DNA of 64,000 nt, taken from positions 29,757 through 93,756 of IMG/VR virus record IMGVR_UViG_3300045988_122031; one strand, 5' to 3'. Every line of letters starts with the position of its first letter. The stretch's first letter is position 1. Under the pieces are notes generated by a model. The model was given only the letters and a program-made list of their open reading frames with translations. It had not been told where the DNA came from and ran no database searches. Shown in pieces: positions 1 through 9,533 of the stretch. Source of the stretch: a virus. Position numbers and translations under genes: made by a program.

Positions 1-1014
1 TGTAATGTAGCTCTTGTGGTTTCTGCACCATCAAGATCAATTGGATCGAATACTGCGACTGGATTAATCAACCCTGTACGAGATGTATTCCATTCAATAT
101 CTCTGATTGTTGTTTCGTAGAGGTCATCAGACCATTTCATCGCAAGCATATTTAAGGGGAATTTACTCGTTGCCCCAAGAGATTTCCCATACTGATAGTC
201 GTTATAAGTGAAAATCAGACCATCAACAGGATATTCATATGCCTCTGGATCAAATTTCTCAATATATTCTTCAACATTATCTCGATCAACAATCTGATGT
301 TCTACAACGTCAAATCCCTGCTCTGCAAGATATTTAAAACTATCAGCAATACTTGGCATTTCTTCTTCAGATACGCCATCAATTTTGACTAACTCAAATG
401 CTTTGTAAGCAAGTTTTCTTTCCTTTGCTACATTCGCATCTAACTGCCTGATTGTACCTGCTGCCAGATTTCTTGCGTTCTTGTATTTACCATGCAACGC
501 TTCATTGATTTTCTGGAAGTTTTCATAACTAATAACTGATTCGCCACGTACCTCAATACTACGCTTATCAGGAATCTCAAGAGGTAAATTGAAAATCATA
601 CGTGCTGTATGAGTCACATCTTCTCCAATTTCGCCATTTCCCCTTGTAATTGCTTGTTTTAAGCGTCCTTTTTCGTACCTTAGTACCACCGTCAAACCAT
701 CTTCTTTCCACGATAAAACACCAATTTTATCCGCAAGAAATTTTTTGACCTCATTGACATCCTTCGTCTTCTGAGCTGATAACATTGGGCGTGTATGCTT
801 TACTTTAGCCAGAGAATCAATTACAAATCCTTGAACGTGGTGGATGGGCGAATTATTCAAAACAACGCCAGAATCTCTCTCAAGTCGTTCTAAAGCAGCG
901 CATAAATCGTCAAATTCTTTATCTGAAATGATCGGATTATCCTCTGCGTAGTACGCATATGAAGCATCATTGATTCTGTCGATCAAGACATTCATTTCTT
1001 TCATATTCAGTTTC
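1..1014 (-). CDS. ligA: NAD-dependent DNA ligase (LigA), N-terminal part; the C-terminus lies beyond the window start
   Basis: Manual translation from the ATG at 1012-1014 gives MKLNMKEMNVLIDRINDASYAYYAEDNPIISDKEFDDL... (LigA Ia domain), then WKEDGLTVVL (adenylation KxDG) and ITRGNGEIGEDVT (LigA TRGDGxxGEDIT motif). It is absent from the ORF track because it is truncated. Confidence 0.85.
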
Positions 1015-1100
1015 ATAATTTTTGGATTTTCCTTTTCTTGTTTATATTGTTTAGTTAATTATTTTAATTTGTGTTTTCTATGTCTTTCAGTAACTGCCAA

Positions 1101-1739
1101 TTACTTCACTACATATATTTTTCTGTGCTGCTGCACATTTACTGTTTCGGAATGTGTTGATTTGAACACGTCTACATGCATTCCTTTTACTTTGCCTCCA
1201 CAATCTTCTGCCACAAAGATTGTATCGCCATATCCATCAATCTTAACTCTTGTTCCATAAGGGATAATGTTTTTATCAACCGCAATCGTATGATACGGTC
1301 GAGCAAATTTATGTCCTGCATGATTCCAAGAAATCTTAGATCCATATCCTTCAGAACACTCATAACATGGACAATATGCCGTGATCAAAAATGTTCCAAG
1401 CGAACTCTTTTCAAGTTCTCGCTTTCGCTTCAGCCGCTGTCGTTTAATTCGCAATCGTTTCTTTCGCAGTTTTTCTAATCGAATCTGTCTTGCTTGCTCT
1501 TCATCCGCTTTCTTACATTTCTGATAATGCTCATGAACATCTTTTAATGCAACGCTTTGGCTGATTGGATTGTCTGAAATCACATTGCCTTGCTTATTTT
1601 CTGCAACAGTTGTCTCTGTTGATAAGGTTGAAGCCTCTACCGAGGGTCGCTCCTCTGCTTTAACCGTGTGAGTCATAAAGCCCGAACACATTGCTAAAAA
1701 ACTAAACGAGACAACTTTCATTAAAAATCTTTTTCTCAT
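1101..1739 (-). CDS. Secreted 3D-domain (MltA/YuiC-like) cell-wall-binding/lytic protein with a Lys/Arg-rich coiled coil
   Basis: Signal-peptide-like N-terminus (MRKRFLMKVVSFSFLAMCSG). C-terminal ITAYCPCYECSEGYG...AVD...IPYGT...IDGYG...AEDCGGKVKG matches the 3D-domain pattern. RBS GGAAAGGAG lies 6 nt before the ATG at 1739; the track start at 1763 is probably too early. Confidence 0.6.
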   Translation of the reverse strand: MRKRFLMKVVSFSFLAMCSGFMTHTVKAEERPSVEASTLSTETTVAENKQGNVISDNPISQSVALKDVHEHYQKCKKADEEQARQIRLEKLRKKRLRIKRQRLKRKRELEKSSLGTFLITAYCPCYECSEGYGSKISWNHAGHKFARPYHTIAVDKNIIPYGTRVKIDGYGDTIFVAEDCGGKVKGMHVDVFKSTHSETVNVQQHRKIYVVK

Positions 1740-1769
1740 TTTCACATCTCCTTTCCTTAGCATATTGGT

Positions 1770-1807
1770 ATCTTATCATACTTCTTGCACCCTGTCAATA
1801 GGTGCAA
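1770..1807 (-). promoter_or_regulatory. Sigma-A-like promoter (TTGACA-17-TAAGAT) with the -35 box embedded in the palindrome TTGCACC-N10-GGTGCAA; copy 1 of a repeated element
   Basis: Minus strand reads tTGCACCTATTGACAGGGTGCAAgaagtatgaTAAGAT and sits 25 nt upstream of the 3D-domain gene. A near-identical element recurs at 43997-44034. Confidence 0.55.
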
Positions 1808-1816
1808 AGAATAAAG

Positions 1817-2041
1817 TTAATTTTTTAAGCTTAACCAGGTGCGCCTCTTATTATGATTTGTTACGATACATCTCTTAAACGCTTCTGGCTCTGCAAGGAG
1901 CGCAAATCTTTTCTTAGCTCGTGTTAACATCGTATATAGCATACAGTTATCAAGCAATTTGTAATGTGTGTTGTCAATGATACCAATTACAGTTTGAGCA
2001 GCCGATCCTTGAAGCTTATGCGTTGTTAATGCATATGCCAA
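1817..2041 (-). CDS. C-terminal fragment of the RecD-like helicase (motif VI region), separated from the main ORF by an in-frame TAA
   Basis: LAYALTTHKLQGSAAQTVI...YTMLTRAKK matches the SF1B/RecD C-terminal motifs. It begins with TTG immediately after the TAA at 2042-2044, in the same frame as 2042..4069. Confidence 0.5.
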   Translation of the reverse strand: MAYALTTHKLQGSAAQTVIGIIDNTHYKLLDNCMLYTMLTRAKKRFALLAEPEAFKRCIVTNHNKRRTWLSLKN

Positions 2042-4069
2042 TTAAAGTTGTCCTAACTGAGCAAAAGAATATTCAATCATCTTCTTATCCATGTCTGGAT
2101 TCATCATGGCGTGAACAACTTTCTTATCATAATCAATGCCAGTAATGTATCCAATATCTCCATTAAATGTGTTTCTTTCATAGTCATTACTGGTTTGAAG
2201 CACTTTATCTCCCACATAAAACTTCTTTGTTTTGCCATATGTAACAAACCTTGCATTGGATTTATTTTTATACAATTCTTTCTGAATTGCTACATTAAGT
2301 TCTTCTGTAGAGTTTATGCAACCTGACTTACGAGGAGAGATTACAACCACATTATCCATACCGTCTTGTTTAACACACGTCATGAACTGCTTTACAACCA
2401 AATTAAAAATATTCTCACGATTATTTCTGAAAATGTAAAACATATCATGCAGCTCTCCATGAACTTGTTTAGCACTAAAATCCTCAATTGGAGAAATTGC
2501 TCTACGCACTTTTCTAGCATCACTAAGAATACCAGACTTTTCTGCTTGTCTCATTGGCTTCGTTAATTGCACTGAATCTAACTCATCCATTTTGAGTAGA
2601 TCAGAGAAAATGTTACCATATCCAATTGGTGGTAACTGCATATGATCTCCGCTAATAATAATCTTTGTACCTGGACGAATTGCCAAAAGTAATTGATAGA
2701 ACAACCCTGCATTAACCATACTTGCTTCGTCTAAAAGAACTACATCAATTGGTAACGGATTGTCAGCATCGTGCATAAACGAGTCTACGCCTTGTGCTTC
2801 AAGTAATCGATGAATAGTTCTCGCTTCTAATCCTGTTGCTTCTTGGATTCTCTGTGCCGCCTTAGCAGATAACGCACATGCAGCAATGCTATAATTTCGT
2901 TTCTTATAACATCTGATAATTGGTTTTAATAAGGTAGTTTTACCCGTTCCAGCCTCACCACTAATTAAAACAACATTTGTCTGTAATGCAGTGTAGATGC
3001 CTTTGTTTTGCTCTTCGCTGAACGTAAAACCTTCTTCTTTTTCAACTTCAGCAATAACTTGTCCAATTTCGTTTACAGTGATTATCTCTTTTTTCTTGGT
3101 AGAATTAGTATCTCTGCGTTCTTGCAACAATGCCAGTATATTCATTTCTGTGTCATGGTACTTTTTCAAACCAATTAGTTCTCCACTAACATAGATGTCT
3201 GGAGGAAAATCATTTTCAACATAATCGTCAAATATATGTAAACATTCACCAACTGTTGCACTAACTTCTGATCGCAACGTGGCAATCGCCATATATGTAT
3301 GTCCGTCACTCTCGCCAAGATTCGTTAAATAATACGTCATAAAATAATCAAGTCGATACTTGGAATCTCTCAATTCTGGACGGATCTTTAAAGCAATATC
3401 ATCAACTTTCTTAAATCCAAGACCTCTGATCTTAGTTAAAATGTAAGGATTTGTGTTGATTTTATACTTTAACTTTTCTGGATCTGGCTCAGCTTCTACC
3501 AATTTCTTAATCATATTAAAAGTAATGCCATGAGGCTGTAGCATAACTACAACCTCGGAAATCACATAATTATTAATGATCTTCTCTCTGAGCTTCGCCC
3601 ATGTCTTGTTGCCAAGTCCTTTAATCATAGATGTGTCAATCGTCTTACATTTTCCTGCCATAACATCCTCAATAATATTTGGATATTCAGCAAGCAAGCT
3701 TTCAGCAATTGATTCTTTCGCTTGTGTTTTTAAAAACATTAACTGATCAGTCTGTGTTTTTGGAACGTCTGCAACAACCGAAATCGGTTTATATTGATAT
3801 TCATGATATTTTTGAGAATAAATACATGTCGCTTTTACATTATACTTTGTCCCAATATATAACTGTTGAACTTCTCCAACAAGTTTACTTGCAACATATT
3901 CTTTATCTCCTGAGTCATCAAATTTATTATCATTGTATGGACTGAATTGTGGTATTTGGTCTTTTGTACAAAACGCATAGATACCAAACATTGATTCTTC
4001 ATTATAAAATATCTGATATGTAGGAATCATTTCAAACTCGCATACCTTTCCGCATGTCTGACTCTCCAT
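2042..4069 (-). CDS. RecD/Pif1-like SF1B DNA helicase (AAA_30 type), N-terminal and central part, terminated by an in-frame TAA
   Basis: Walker A ISGEAGTGKTTLL, Walker B VVLLDEASMV and motif GDHMQLPPIG. The protein continues in frame into 1817..2041 after a single stop. Confidence 0.8.
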   Translation of the reverse strand: MESQTCGKVCEFEMIPTYQIFYNEESMFGIYAFCTKDQIPQFSPYNDNKFDDSGDKEYVASKLVGEVQQLYIGTKYNVKATCIYSQKYHEYQYKPISVVADVPKTQTDQLMFLKTQAKESIAESLLAEYPNIIEDVMAGKCKTIDTSMIKGLGNKTWAKLREKIINNYVISEVVVMLQPHGITFNMIKKLVEAEPDPEKLKYKINTNPYILTKIRGLGFKKVDDIALKIRPELRDSKYRLDYFMTYYLTNLGESDGHTYMAIATLRSEVSATVGECLHIFDDYVENDFPPDIYVSGELIGLKKYHDTEMNILALLQERRDTNSTKKKEIITVNEIGQVIAEVEKEEGFTFSEEQNKGIYTALQTNVVLISGEAGTGKTTLLKPIIRCYKKRNYSIAACALSAKAAQRIQEATGLEARTIHRLLEAQGVDSFMHDADNPLPIDVVLLDEASMVNAGLFYQLLLAIRPGTKIIISGDHMQLPPIGYGNIFSDLLKMDELDSVQLTKPMRQAEKSGILSDARKVRRAISPIEDFSAKQVHGELHDMFYIFRNNRENIFNLVVKQFMTCVKQDGMDNVVVISPRKSGCINSTEELNVAIQKELYKNKSNARFVTYGKTKKFYVGDKVLQTSNDYERNTFNGDIGYITGIDYDKKVVHAMMNPDMDKKMIEYSFAQLGQL

Positions 4070-4084
4070 TATTTAGGCAGCACC

Positions 4085-4567
4085 TCATTTCCCTTTTAAA
4101 TAATTTTTAAAGTAATACTCAAAATACAATCGAATAAACAGCCCAGAATATTTATTATCTGGCATGAAGAATATCGGCACATCGTATTTGAACCAGAAGC
4201 TATGCAATGATCCAATGAATGATTTCTTGTTATACTGCGTGTTGTAATTGCCATCTGCAATATCTGAGTAATTGGCGTTTTCAAGCAGAATAACTTTTGT
4301 CTCTGGTGCAAGACTTAACTCTTTTTCAAATCTGGCACGATCTTTTGATAAATTGCCACTGATTTCTTCAAGACTTCCTTTGCGCTCAACACATACTTTG
4401 CTGTCAAAATACATATCTCTCTGAATACCAAGCTTCTCATTTGCAGGAATCATGAAACTGTAGTCTCCATAATTCAATGCTTTCTTTTTATGATTTACGC
4501 TTTTTCTATCGAAGTAACCTATGATATGATCAGCCTTTTGCTCCCTTGTGTCGACCAGGATTGTCAT
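4085..4567 (-). CDS. ERCC4-type (XPF/Mus81/Hef-like) structure-specific nuclease
   Basis: ILVDTREQ ... NYGDYSF ... VERKGSLEEI matches the ERCC4 nuclease signature (VDxRE, GDY, ERKxxxD). Confidence 0.7.
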   Translation of the reverse strand: MTILVDTREQKADHIIGYFDRKSVNHKKKALNYGDYSFMIPANEKLGIQRDMYFDSKVCVERKGSLEEISGNLSKDRARFEKELSLAPETKVILLENANYSDIADGNYNTQYNKKSFIGSLHSFWFKYDVPIFFMPDNKYSGLFIRLYFEYYFKNYLKGK

Positions 4568-4617
4568 CGAGCTGATGAATTCTTTGATTTCCTTGTCGGT
4601 ATATTTGTAAAATTGAA

Positions 4618-7600
4618 TTATACTAATTCCTCCTCTGCGTCATTTTTAATAGTGAAATTCTTAAGCCAAAACTCAAATTTATCTAGTACATCTTTGTAGA
4701 TTTTCTTTCCTGTTTTTGTATTGATCTCCCCAGTTGGTTCTTTTTTATGTTTCTTCTCAACTGATTTCAGATATAGAATATCTCCTTCATCGAATGGGTT
4801 CTTCTTATATTGGGTTGTCCACATTTTTACTTTCTGTGTTTTTCCAGAGTAAATTTCATATAACTGAATGTTAACGATGGATTTTTTAACATCAAGATCT
4901 GAAACATAATATAATCTTTTATTAACTTTTACGTTAGCATAGCTTACAATTCCGAGAACATTTCTCTGATTGTCTAATTTTTCTTTCAAAGACAATTCTC
5001 TGTATGGAATATTTTTTATAGATTCAATAAGTAATTGTTCTGAATCTAATTGATTATAAAGTGTTTTTGTCTCATGACCATACTTCAAAAGTAAATCAGA
5101 AGAAATGTGATATTCTATCGCTTTTTCTTTGGACAATTGCTTTTTCCCATTTAATAATTCATAATATTTAACTGTTTCTAATAAGGTATTCGCATCTCCG
5201 AACTCTACAAAATAATTAATTTTAATTAATTTGTCTATCACTGTTTTATTGAGATGATTCTGCTTTAATACATTGATCACTTCTATGAATGAGCTGTATT
5301 TAGCCTGTCCTAAATCATATAGTGAATTGGCGACACCTTCTCCAAATCCTTTAATACTTGATAAATTGGGATATATAATTTTATGTTCTTCATCAATCGT
5401 GACTTTTCTATTGTCTGCTCCAAACCGATAATCTCCCAATTTATATCCCCAAAATTTAATGGCTTCTTTTACTAGGGCATCAATTTTATCTTTCTTATTT
5501 TTTTCTTGGTAATGATTAATTGCTACTTCATAGAACATTTTCGTATAATGAGCTTTAAACCATGCCTGATAAGCAGAATCCTCAGCCATCGACCAAGCAT
5601 GCGGAGAGTTGAAGGCGTACGAAGCTGATGAGTCTATAACTTCCCATATATTATTGAAATTATTAAGTTCTCCAATTTCGATTTGCCAACCATCTTTTAA
5701 TCTTTCTTTCAGTTCTTTTAACTTTTCAGGATGGGCTTTATATTTTTTTTTCGAGATATTTTTAATAACTCCATACGTTTCGCCCATCTTCAATTGCAGG
5801 AAAGATAATACCTTCATAATTGACTCTTGATAAATCATAAAATGTGCTGTATCTTGCAACAACTCATCAATTTTCTTTTCGCCTGTTGAATATGGTTCAC
5901 GATTTAAGAAAGTATTTAATAAAGATGCAAATCCTGGTCTGATTGCAGCAATGAAACTACTTAATTCTGCTAAATTTTGTGGCTTATATTTCTTTGCTCT
6001 ATTTGTTGTCGCTTCTTTTTCACATTGGTTAACACAACAAGTAATTCCTTTTGCATAAATATCCCATGTTTTATGATCTCCTTCTATCATCTCTCTCAAT
6101 TCTTCAGATGTAGGAACCTCCATTTCTATACTATGAAAAAATTTATATGTAAGATAAACACTATCTACAATAAGAAAATCTTCTTTTACATATCCAAATT
6201 CATCAAGATAACCACCTTCAATGGCGGCACAAATCGTTCTTTTCCCAGTCGTTTCTGAAACAGCACTAATTAATCCTACTTCTCTACGAATATCTCCGTC
6301 GAATATAAAATGCCCACAAGCATGTACTTTTAGATTGATAGTAATTCCTTGATATTCGTTGCTTTGTTTAAATAAATCAACGTATTCTTCTGGAATATAA
6401 TCTTCAACATGAATAAAATCTTTATCTTCTTCATCAGCATATTTTAATGCTTTATTATAGTCATCAAGATATTTTGAAATTCTGTTTGCATCTTCTGGAC
6501 TAACATCGTTAGCTCCAGCATATAATTGCCATGCTGCTTTCTCTTTTAACTTTTCTATAGCCATTAACGGATAACATCCATGCTCTCCAAGAAGTTTTTT
6601 TGCAGCTTTCACAAATGGTTCCTGAGTAGCTACATTGAGGTCAATATCTGGCATCTGACCTGCTAAAACACGGTCTTTTGTTAAAAAGCGTTCTGGATAA
6701 ATAGGAATATCTGCATTGAATCTATCTACCGTTGTTAATCCTAGCAACTTATTTGTAATGAATGATGCAGCGCTACCTCTTGACGTAGTAGTTAATATTC
6801 CACCTTCGCAATTTACTGCATCATCTACAATTGCTTTACTTGTTAAAAAGTAATCTACAACTCCTGAATCCATGACTTGTTTTGCTTCATACCTAATTCC
6901 ATCTGCTTTTTCTTTTGATTTTTCTTTTTCTTTAGCATAGGCTTTGTTTAATATTTTCTTATAAATAGCACATTTACCTTCATATGTTTTATCTTTATGA
7001 ACGCTTGGAATTTTAAATTTTCTGTCAAAAACAATTTCTTCGCATTCTGACATGAACACGTTTGTGTTCATAATAGCAGTTAAGACTTCTTCATCAGAAA
7101 GAACTCCTTGCTCTTGAAATCGCTCTATAACCGTTGTTGTGTCTGGATAATCCATATACCATCCAAATTCTTCTGGATATTCAATATGCTTGTACTTTAA
7201 AATCTGATCCCTTTTTACTGCCGTCTTATCATCAATGTAATGACTATCAAGCCCACAAATGATCTGAATATTGTGTTCTTTTGCAAGTTTTAAGATTTTT
7301 CTGTTAAGTCTTTTTTGTGGATCAGTATTATGAGCCTGCACTTCTAAAAAGAAATTATCGCCAAAATAGTCATGTATTTTTAACCAAATGTCCTCTGCAT
7401 CTTTATAATGCCAACCAGATAAGCAAGCTGATGTAACAATTACATTCTCTTTTGGAATATTAAAAAGTAATTCTAAGTCAATTCTGGGTTTGTAATAATA
7501 TCCATCAATATTTGCCATAGAAAGGGCGAAGTTAATATCTTCTCTCCCTTCAGCATTTTTCGCAAGTATCATCATATGACAGTTTGCTTTGTCTTTTTCT

Positions 7601-7917
7601 TTTCTATCTTTCACCCAGTAGGCTTCAGCAGAATGAATATATTTCAAATGCTCCTTTTCAGCCACTTTATATACTTCAAACTGGTTTCCTTGTGACCCAT
7701 GCTCCCCTGAATAAAGACATTTTGCACCAAATTCATGAATACGTTTTGCATAATTTTCAATTGATTCTGCACAATCTGGAGTTGATGTATTACTAAAATC
7801 TTTATGACAATGGTAGTTTTCAAGATATAGATTTCTTCCATAATCTTCAACAGAATATGGAAATTTAAATTTTAATGTTGGGATAATTTTTGCAATTAAA
7901 TCTTCATACATAATCAT
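4618..7917 (-). CDS. dnaE: DNA polymerase III alpha subunit (DnaE-like, N-terminal PHP domain)
   Basis: 1099 aa. PHP-like N-terminus (YHCHKDFSNTSTPDCAESIENYAKRIHEFGAK). Central ...DFLIVDSVYLTYKF and GITINLKVHACGHFIFDGD resemble Pol III alpha palm/fingers. The size is typical. Confidence 0.8.
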   Translation of the reverse strand: MIMYEDLIAKIIPTLKFKFPYSVEDYGRNLYLENYHCHKDFSNTSTPDCAESIENYAKRIHEFGAKCLYSGEHGSQGNQFEVYKVAEKEHLKYIHSAEAYWVKDRKEKDKANCHMMILAKNAEGREDINFALSMANIDGYYYKPRIDLELLFNIPKENVIVTSACLSGWHYKDAEDIWLKIHDYFGDNFFLEVQAHNTDPQKRLNRKILKLAKEHNIQIICGLDSHYIDDKTAVKRDQILKYKHIEYPEEFGWYMDYPDTTTVIERFQEQGVLSDEEVLTAIMNTNVFMSECEEIVFDRKFKIPSVHKDKTYEGKCAIYKKILNKAYAKEKEKSKEKADGIRYEAKQVMDSGVVDYFLTSKAIVDDAVNCEGGILTTTSRGSAASFITNKLLGLTTVDRFNADIPIYPERFLTKDRVLAGQMPDIDLNVATQEPFVKAAKKLLGEHGCYPLMAIEKLKEKAAWQLYAGANDVSPEDANRISKYLDDYNKALKYADEEDKDFIHVEDYIPEEYVDLFKQSNEYQGITINLKVHACGHFIFDGDIRREVGLISAVSETTGKRTICAAIEGGYLDEFGYVKEDFLIVDSVYLTYKFFHSIEMEVPTSEELREMIEGDHKTWDIYAKGITCCVNQCEKEATTNRAKKYKPQNLAELSSFIAAIRPGFASLLNTFLNREPYSTGEKKIDELLQDTAHFMIYQESIMKVLSFLQLKMGETYGVIKNISKKKYKAHPEKLKELKERLKDGWQIEIGELNNFNNIWEVIDSSASYAFNSPHAWSMAEDSAYQAWFKAHYTKMFYEVAINHYQEKNKKDKIDALVKEAIKFWGYKLGDYRFGADNRKVTIDEEHKIIYPNLSSIKGFGEGVANSLYDLGQAKYSSFIEVINVLKQNHLNKTVIDKLIKINYFVEFGDANTLLETVKYYELLNGKKQLSKEKAIEYHISSDLLLKYGHETKTLYNQLDSEQLLIESIKNIPYRELSLKEKLDNQRNVLGIVSYANVKVNKRLYYVSDLDVKKSIVNIQLYEIYSGKTQKVKMWTTQYKKNPFDEGDILYLKSVEKKHKKEPTGEINTKTGKKIYKDVLDKFEFWLKNFTIKNDAEEELV

Positions 7918-9533
7918 CCCACCTCTTCAAGTGAATCACACACTGCTTTCAGCACAAACTTTCTGCCAAAGAATCCACAATCAAGAGTAGTTACAGCACA
8001 AAATTCATCATTCATCATAGAGTGGTCTTCCATATCCTCAAATGATCCATCGTAGTTCCATTTAATGATCCACAATTTATCATTGTTACATGGTTTCAGG
8101 ACAAGATGTTTATAATTGCTCATCTGACCAATGTCATAGTCGTCAATCTCTTCAATATAAACTCTTACAGGTTTAAATCCTTGTCCAGAAATACGATCAA
8201 TTTTCTTAATCATGTCAACCATTTTTCTTGTGATGTCTGAAATATCAAGCATAATATCGACATCAACTGTTGTATCTTCTGGCTTATCTGGAAGAGTTTC
8301 TTCTATATAAGAGGTGAACTCAGCGAAGTTCTTTCTAGGAATTTCAATACCACTGGCAAGTTCATGCCCATTTGCTTCAGCCAACTGACTGTTATTACAC
8401 ATCTGTCGGAAGTCTTTTACACCAACTGCTCGCATAGATCCTGCATATGTATCTTCATTTTTCTTTAGCACAAGAATCGGCTTCTGGTATGTTTCAAGCA
8501 ATTTGTTTCCAATTAACCCAGAAATACCATAATCAGTGTCGATAAAAGTTGTGATCATCTTTTTATCACTCTGAGCTTCACACTGTTCCGCAATCATTGG
8601 CATCAGCTGTGCGACCTCTTCATTTTGGTCTTCTTTGCATTGCTTTAACTGTTTAATATATCCTCGTAACTTTTTATTGTCATCTTCAAGGAAAGCATTT
8701 AGAGCAATTTCATTCTGATCCATTCTGTTTGCAGCATTAACCAACGGTGCAATACTAAAAGCAACTGCTGTGCTGTTGAATTCAAATCCACCAATAATCT
8801 TCTTAATCGCAGGATTTCTAATTTCTTTCAAAGCTTCGGATACAATGTAACGATTCTCCATTACTCTCATATCCATCATATCTGCAATCAGCCCAACGCC
8901 TGCTAGATCGACCAAATCACCTGCATAATCTGTACCATTCTGCTCATCAATATACTTGCAAAACTTCCAAACAACACCTGCGCCAGATAGCTGTGGATTT
9001 TCATATTCTCTCTGAGAAGAAACTAATGTGCAATAGTTGTCATAAGGAACATCTGGATCGATGGCATGGTGATCTAACACAATCACATCAACTCCTGTTT
9101 CTTTCAAATCTTTATACTGAGCCTCATCCTTATCTAAACTATCAACGACAATTAGTAAATCATAACCATAAAACTTAGCGATGTCCTGATGTACTAATCC
9201 ATGCTGTTTGCCTCGGTTAATGTATACATCTACTGGATTTTCTGTCATGTTTTTTAAATATCGTGTCATAATGGCACCAGATGTGATTCCGTCAGTATCT
9301 GTATCAAAATGTACTGCAATACGTTTATCTTTATATACTGCATCTCTCAAAAGTCCGTATGCTTTATCAATATTTTTTAAGTCATCAAGAGGAAGTAAAT
9401 CATCTTCCGTAGGATTTAGAAAATGTTCTGGATCATCAATACCACGCTCCTGCATGATAATTTCAAATACCTCATCTTCAAAAAGTCCTCTGCAATCGTT
9501 CAAAATATTATATTTCTTCTTCGACGTCTTCAT
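7914..9533 (-). CDS. recJ: RecJ-like DHH-family single-stranded DNA exonuclease
   Basis: GIDDPEHFLNP...LLPLDDL...RIAVHFDTDTDGITSGAIM...LLIVVDSLDKD...VIVLDHHA reproduces the DHH motifs I-IV in RecJ order. Confidence 0.75.
   Translation of the reverse strand: MKTSKKKYNILNDCRGLFEDEVFEIIMQERGIDDPEHFLNPTEDDLLPLDDLKNIDKAYGLLRDAVYKDKRIAVHFDTDTDGITSGAIMTRYLKNMTENPVDVYINRGKQHGLVHQDIAKFYGYDLLIVVDSLDKDEAQYKDLKETGVDVIVLDHHAIDPDVPYDNYCTLVSSQREYENPQLSGAGVVWKFCKYIDEQNGTDYAGDLVDLAGVGLIADMMDMRVMENRYIVSEALKEIRNPAIKKIIGGFEFNSTAVAFSIAPLVNAANRMDQNEIALNAFLEDDNKKLRGYIKQLKQCKEDQNEEVAQLMPMIAEQCEAQSDKKMITTFIDTDYGISGLIGNKLLETYQKPILVLKKNEDTYAGSMRAVGVKDFRQMCNNSQLAEANGHELASGIEIPRKNFAEFTSYIEETLPDKPEDTTVDVDIMLDISDITRKMVDMIKKIDRISGQGFKPVRVYIEEIDDYDIGQMSNYKHLVLKPCNNDKLWIIKWNYDGSFEDMEDHSMMNDEFCAVTTLDCGFFGRKFVLKAVCDSLEEVG

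Noticed and set aside
970-1478. Plus-strand ORFs 970..1260 and 1176..1478 from the six-frame track
   Set aside because: They overlap the minus-strand ligase and 3D-domain genes. They have low-complexity hydrophobic translations typical of antisense frames in AT-rich DNA and no RBS. The same applies to most other plus-strand track ORFs, such as 2111..2326, 5609..5830, 9208..9561, 11411..11812, 31611..32195 and 45684..46172.
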